In this document: in pieces, positions 59,350 to 64,000 of the stretch
Layout of the letters: each line of letters begins with the position of its first letter
Numbering within the stretch: position 1 is the first letter of the stretch
Assembly (NCBI GenBank): GCA_946965045.2
Contig: OX337230.1
Span: 2,666,001 to 2,730,000 of the forward strand
DNA length: 64,000 bases
DNA from: Epithemia pelagica
Taxonomy: Eukaryota > Protista > Bacillariophyta
Reading direction: 5' to 3'
Translations under genes and position numbers: made by a program
The notes under the pieces: generated by a model
Databases searched by the model: none
Told to the model about the DNA's origin: nothing
Seen by the model: the letters and a program-made list of their open reading frames with translations, nothing else

Positions 59350-59639
59350 ATATTATACAGGAGGATCACATAAAACCACACTTTCTACAAATAGCCATAG
59401 TTAGTCTCACTCAGACTTATGTAGTCTGAGACAACAAACTGACTTAAAATAGGAGAAGAATTGGCAGCAGCTGCAGCAAGAATATTCATGGGAACTCTGG
59501 ATCTTTCATCTTTGATGCACTCACTGTGGTTTGTGGCAGTCAATATCAAATAAAGAGTCTCTTGGTGGGCCAGTTGCTGCAATGGCAGGAGATGACACAG
59601 ATAGCCTTGGCTGTAATAAAGAGGAGCTCAAATTGATTG

Positions 59640-60961
59640 GCCACCATCCATAGCATAGTTTTCCAAACGGCATCGGATTCGCGATCAGCGAGAGCGGTGA
59701 AGCGATCCACTGTTATTCCCAATGATTCAGGAAGGCTTGTTTCGAGCTCTTCCAATCCTTAACGCGGAGCTGCGCGAGTCCTGCACGAACATCCTGCACG
59801 TTAGTCTGAGCTACTATGGAGCGTTCGTGGTGCTCACATATCGCTGTAACTATAGCCTGGGCATCTGCACGTTCTTCGTGACGTTTGACCATTATGCGCC
59901 CAGAGGCGGTCTGGAGCACACGACAGAACACGGAGTACATGAACTGCTGAATCTCTGGCCAAAGGGCAGATTCCTTCCGGGTCTTAGGGTAATAGCTAGG
60001 GTCGAAGACCTGATGAGTCCCATGGACTCTAGCTGTACTCTAGCTGTAGCAAGGGTGTCTCTATACCAAGCATATCATTGCTTGTCATCCTTGAAATTGC
60101 TATACATGCTAATATCCCGCTTGACTCCTTTCCTGAAGTTCCTATCATCTAGCCCATCATCACTACTATCACTATCATCGTCATCAGTAAGATGGACATA
60201 GCTAGAGGATGAACTTGAGGAGCTATCACTACTAGGAGGGTTATGGATAAATAGCTGGGGATCAAGAAAGACTTCGTCTTCGTTGATAGTAGGAGGTCCA
60301 CGTGTACCGGGTGTAGGAGTAACGCTACGGGTTATTTTATTCCGTAGGTTAATAATCGGCATCCACGTCAGAGATCTCTGGGTACCCATGAAGGGAGGGA
60401 CGGTACCAGGGGACAGATTCTGAAAAGGTGGAGGACAAGAGCGGTTAGAGTCTTTCTTCTTCTTGTGTTTCTTCTTCTTGCATTTCTTGGCAGAATGCTG
60501 AGAAGTGGATTGCTCACCTTCTAACGGGCCACGCTGAGGATTAGATTCTTCGTAACAGACGAAGTCGTCATGCGTGATGAGAATGATGTCATGTCCGCTC
60601 CGGAACTGAGACACGAGGACGTCGTAGGCAAACTTGTTGACACAAACAAGGCGGTAGATTTCCTCGAACGTGAGCAAACGGACAGGTTCGTTGTAGTCGT
60701 CGATGGGATGGCTGGCGCGCATTTGGTCGAGAGTGCCGGGATCGATCTCCAAGAACATTGCCAAATGGTACAGGTTAGTGTACGTCATGGGGCATGTGAT
60801 GACGCCGCCAAATGAGAGGAAGCGATGCGACGTTGTGAAGGAGATGGCTTAGTGCAGTGACCTGACGTTCAGTGCTGGGGAGAAATCATGGATTGGGTGT
60901 ATTCCAAGTTATTGGTAGAACACTCCGACATGGTTGAAACGGGATCTCCGCTAGCAGACAT
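59640..60961 (-). pseudogene. gag: CoDi gag, copy B, frameshifted and 3'-truncated
   Basis: ATG at 60961; FRKGVKRDISMYSNFKDDKQ*, WYRDTLATAR, QFMYSVFCRVLQT.SGRIMVKRHE...DAQ, FLNHW. Confidence 0.88.
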
Positions 60962-61904
60962 TATGACAACAAGAATTGTTGGGCAAATAGACTTGGGTCT
61001 TATGGATGAATCGTGTGAACCGGAGTCTTGGAAACTTGGTCTTGTAGCACGAAATTTTAGTCGTAGAACTTGAAATTTAGTCTTGTTCGGATGTCTTGAT
61101 TCTTGTTTGTGAATCTTGATTAAGCTTGAAACTTGAATCCCACGAAAACACGATAAGCGTGCGTAATATTTACTTAGTGGGTCTTGGTGGTAGAACACGA
61201 GCTACCCCTACTGTTCACCTAATACTGACCTGGTCCCACCTAATACTGACCTGGTCCCGTGACTTCAGTATCAGTAACAGATGTAGCAGATATGCACGAA
61301 CAGGATTCTGCAGTCACTGTTTGGCCACACTGGTAGATTTGGGCTTCTCTAAGGCAGTTCTTAGTAGTTCCCCAGGTCGAACGCTAATGCCAGGCAGGGA
61401 CCTCTTACACGTTCTCGATGTTGTGCTCGCTCGACGATTGGTGCCGAGTCGGGGTGGCTGTATGATAGAGATAGGTCAGGTGGTACTTTCAAGACCGCTT
61501 TCCCTCAAGCCCTAGATGTCAGTGACTCCCTGTGTCCCCGGACGTGTCTCCGCTCTTGATAGGATGCTCGTAGAAGTTCTCCACTGTTCTCGTAGTTCTT
61601 GTAGTTGTTCTCCGCGAATCTCGGTGTGTCCATCGATCGCTCGTAGTATCCGTGTGTCGATGTCCTCGCCCACGTGCGCAATCGTGAACGTAGGAAACGG
61701 ATCGCTTGGTTGTGGTCTTGTCCGTCAGTCCGTTGTCTCCAATTGTGTCCCGTAGGCTCGTCTCAGTCTCGCGTTGAATAATCGGTCGTCACCGTCGCGT
61801 AGTGTCGTAGGGTAGTATAGGTATGGATGATAGGATGGATAAGAGATGGGTCCAACCTTCCGACTTGGAGAAGACAACTCTGCGGGTGATCAAGCCGATG
61901 AGAC

Positions 61905-62520
61905 TGTTAATCTGACAAGCTGGAAGGAAGGGAGGTTAGAAAGGGTGTAACAAAACACACACGATAGCAACGAGATAGTTACGATAAGAAATAGGTTTGC
62001 AAATAGTTGATGATAAAATATTGTGATTACATGAAGTGATTATCTAGATTGGATCCTTTCGTTCCCAAGTTCCCATTGAGGTGATCCTGGATCTTGGATC
62101 CAGATGTAAAAGGCTTCTAGACGGAAAAGATTGCCGTCTAGGGTCATCGGCATAGGCCTATATCACCTAGAGGTGCATGTGTAAGTTAGATGTAATAGTT
62201 CGCCGTAGACTATCCGTTGCAACTCTTTACGCGCGATTGATATGCCTCAATCCGTGATTAGCGCGATACGGTTAAGTCCAGCGAATCTTGGAGGATAGAA
62301 ATATAACATAGCCTATGAGACATAGGACTAGTTTGATCGTGGAGTATACATAAATTAGGAGTGAATAGATCTTCGTGACTCAATCGTGCCTAATCTAGAT
62401 TTGTACAAAAATCTAGGCTATATGCGATTGATCTGCCGCGTACTTTCCGCGACTCTTCATTACTATAGAACTACCTATTGGAGAATATAGCCAATATAGG
62501 TGTTCTAGGTATTAGAAACA
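61905..62520 (-). mobile_element. 5' LTR of copy B, 616 bp
   Basis: TGTT...AACA termini; the outer end coincides with the interruption of the 62512-63618 ORF, whose last codons TGT TTC TAA come from the LTR; candidate target site ACCGG at 62521-62525. Confidence 0.8.
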
Positions 62521-64000
62521 ACCGGTCTGCGCAAGAACCAAATCACTCTTTCGAGCACGAAGACTCTTCTTTTTAGTGTCTCGGCCACTGATAACAGTCT
62601 TCCCAAAATGCGCACAAAGATGGGAAGCAACTATCTCTGCTTGTTGCCAGTTGATTCCAGATTGTGTGATCATGGCTTGGGTCTCTATGGCGTTCATTTT
62701 ATGAGCCACAAACACACCAGGACACTTGGGTACAGCCGACTGGAAAGCCTTCGGGTACCGGGAAGCAATGAGACGAAGGAGATGCGTTGCTGCTACTTCT
62801 TTGTTAGGCAGCTTTGCATATAGTTCTGGCTCACTGGTGTCGAAGACTTGCTCTTTGTCTAGCTCTTCGTCTGCTCCTTTCGTGCTTTCTACTGGCTCAA
62901 ACTGTGACAGCAAATCATCAAGGAATGGGAATTCAAATTCATTGCATTGGAGACGGTGGTAATCTTTGGAGCGAGGGATGCGGATCAAACAAGCAGTGCT
63001 TCCATTTGTCAATGGAACTTGAAAGATCTTGTATTTGCCTTTCGTCTTCTTCTCAAAATTTGTGATATCTCGGAGAACACCTTGCATTGCCATCTTGTTG
63101 ATAGGATCTATTCCAAGTTTGTTCATTGTTGGCACAGAAATTTGTGGCTGCGGTGTAATGATAAGACTAGAACTGTCCACTTTGTTAGCGAGTCGTTCAT
63201 CGGCACGCCGTTGGAGCTCTTGACCAAGAGCAATCAATGTCGGCACAACCCCCTGCTCAAACTTTTTTGGATTACGCCAAAATGCTTTTCTGAGATGATT
63301 TGGCTTCATCCACCGTGGAAGGATTGATTTCTCCCATACTACTTGCTGAATCATCTCATGGTCTTCTAGTCGTTCATGGTATTCCAAAGTCTCTTTTTTG
63401 TTTCGGGGAATTTGGTCATCACAGAAGGTTATGGCACGTTTTGGCAGCTGATCCTTTTGTTGATTGCCATTGCTGACCAACTTTGATCTCTGCATGTTCA
63501 AAGCAGACAATAAGTGGTCTTGGAAAGCCTTAATTCCATTGATACGAAGAGGACGGGGACAATGATCAGGTTCGACATAAGGAGGCATTATGCTTTGATC
63601 TTCTATGCCCAATGCCAACCAAATAAACCATTTATTCTCTGTCTAAGAAATAGGGTCGTTGGGGCTTTTGCGATCCTTGAATTTCCTCTGGAAAAACCTG
63701 ATTTCAGTGTCCAAGAAGAGAGATTCCCAGGATCTGGCTTTCATCAGCTGTCCAGATTGTGCTTTCGTCATCAAACCAAGCTGAATGAACATTTCAATGC
63801 GCTGTTCTTCATCTAGACCACACAGATTGCCAATGCTCCAGCTATGAGAGGCAGGGAGATACAATCCATAGTGTTGTTGGTGAGTTTTTGACACATGATA
63901 CAACAGGAAGAGAAATTCTTGTTTCACAGCATCCGTCATGACAGACACCAATATCTCAACGGGAATGTCAGAAAGTCTGCATGACATTGGCCGGCACATT
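62521..64000 (-). pseudogene. Large unidentified gene (more than 480 codons), frameshifted near 63630 and interrupted by the LTR
   Basis: Consecutive ORFs 63643-63999 and 62512-63618; last segment KMNAIETQAMITQSGINWQQAEIVASHLCAHFG. Confidence 0.65.

Noticed and set aside
61126-61515. Conserved antisense ORF in the copia leader (also 37596-37844)
   Set aside because: A 1-bp indel shifts the frame between copies and most substitutions are non-synonymous; one in-frame 9-bp indel is not enough to show selection.
61880-61904. tRNA primer-binding site for copy B
   Set aside because: GTCTCATCGGCTTGATCA follows the LTR in both copies but does not match a tRNA 3' end or the iMet half-tRNA site that I can recognise; left unassigned.
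36790-62520. Copies A and B as the two LTRs of one 25-kb element
   Set aside because: Both copies include leader and gag start in the same orientation, so each is a separate 5' end; they are also visibly diverged.
1-64000. Fanzor/TnpB, viral Rep or capsid genes, rRNA or tRNA genes
   Set aside because: No RuvC, HUH Rep, capsid or structural-RNA motifs were recognised on either strand; most short ORFs in the supplied track are antisense shadows using non-ATG starts.

Overview
Eukaryotic nuclear DNA, almost certainly from a diatom (CoDi-type Ty1/copia domains, a DUF6824 remnant, TTAGGG-type repeats). No housekeeping gene, rRNA, tRNA or CRISPR array is visible. The window is a heterochromatin-like block made almost entirely of transposon debris: Ty1/copia, tyrosine-recombinase (DIRS/Ngaro-like) retroelements, CRE-like and L1-like non-LTR elements, piggyBac, hAT, MULE, a Ginger/KRBA2-like integrase and Helitron parts. 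The larger pieces are one CpG-rich copia 3' half with its LTR (32.1-35.1 kb), two related copia 5' halves (36.8-38.6 and 59.6-62.5 kb) and one further gag (13.7-15.0 kb). Standout observations: (1) stretches where 100-550 bp pieces of unrelated elements are joined end to end without termini or split partners; (2) two TET/JBP-like 2OG-Fe(II) dioxygenase sequences, one 2-5 kb from Helitron parts; (3) a clear CpG-to-TpG decay signature; (4) more than 20 short tandem duplications, a locally templated composite insertion, and 178-bp and 136-bp tandem arrays. All family assignments come from motif recognition by eye; no searches were run, and fragment boundaries are approximate.
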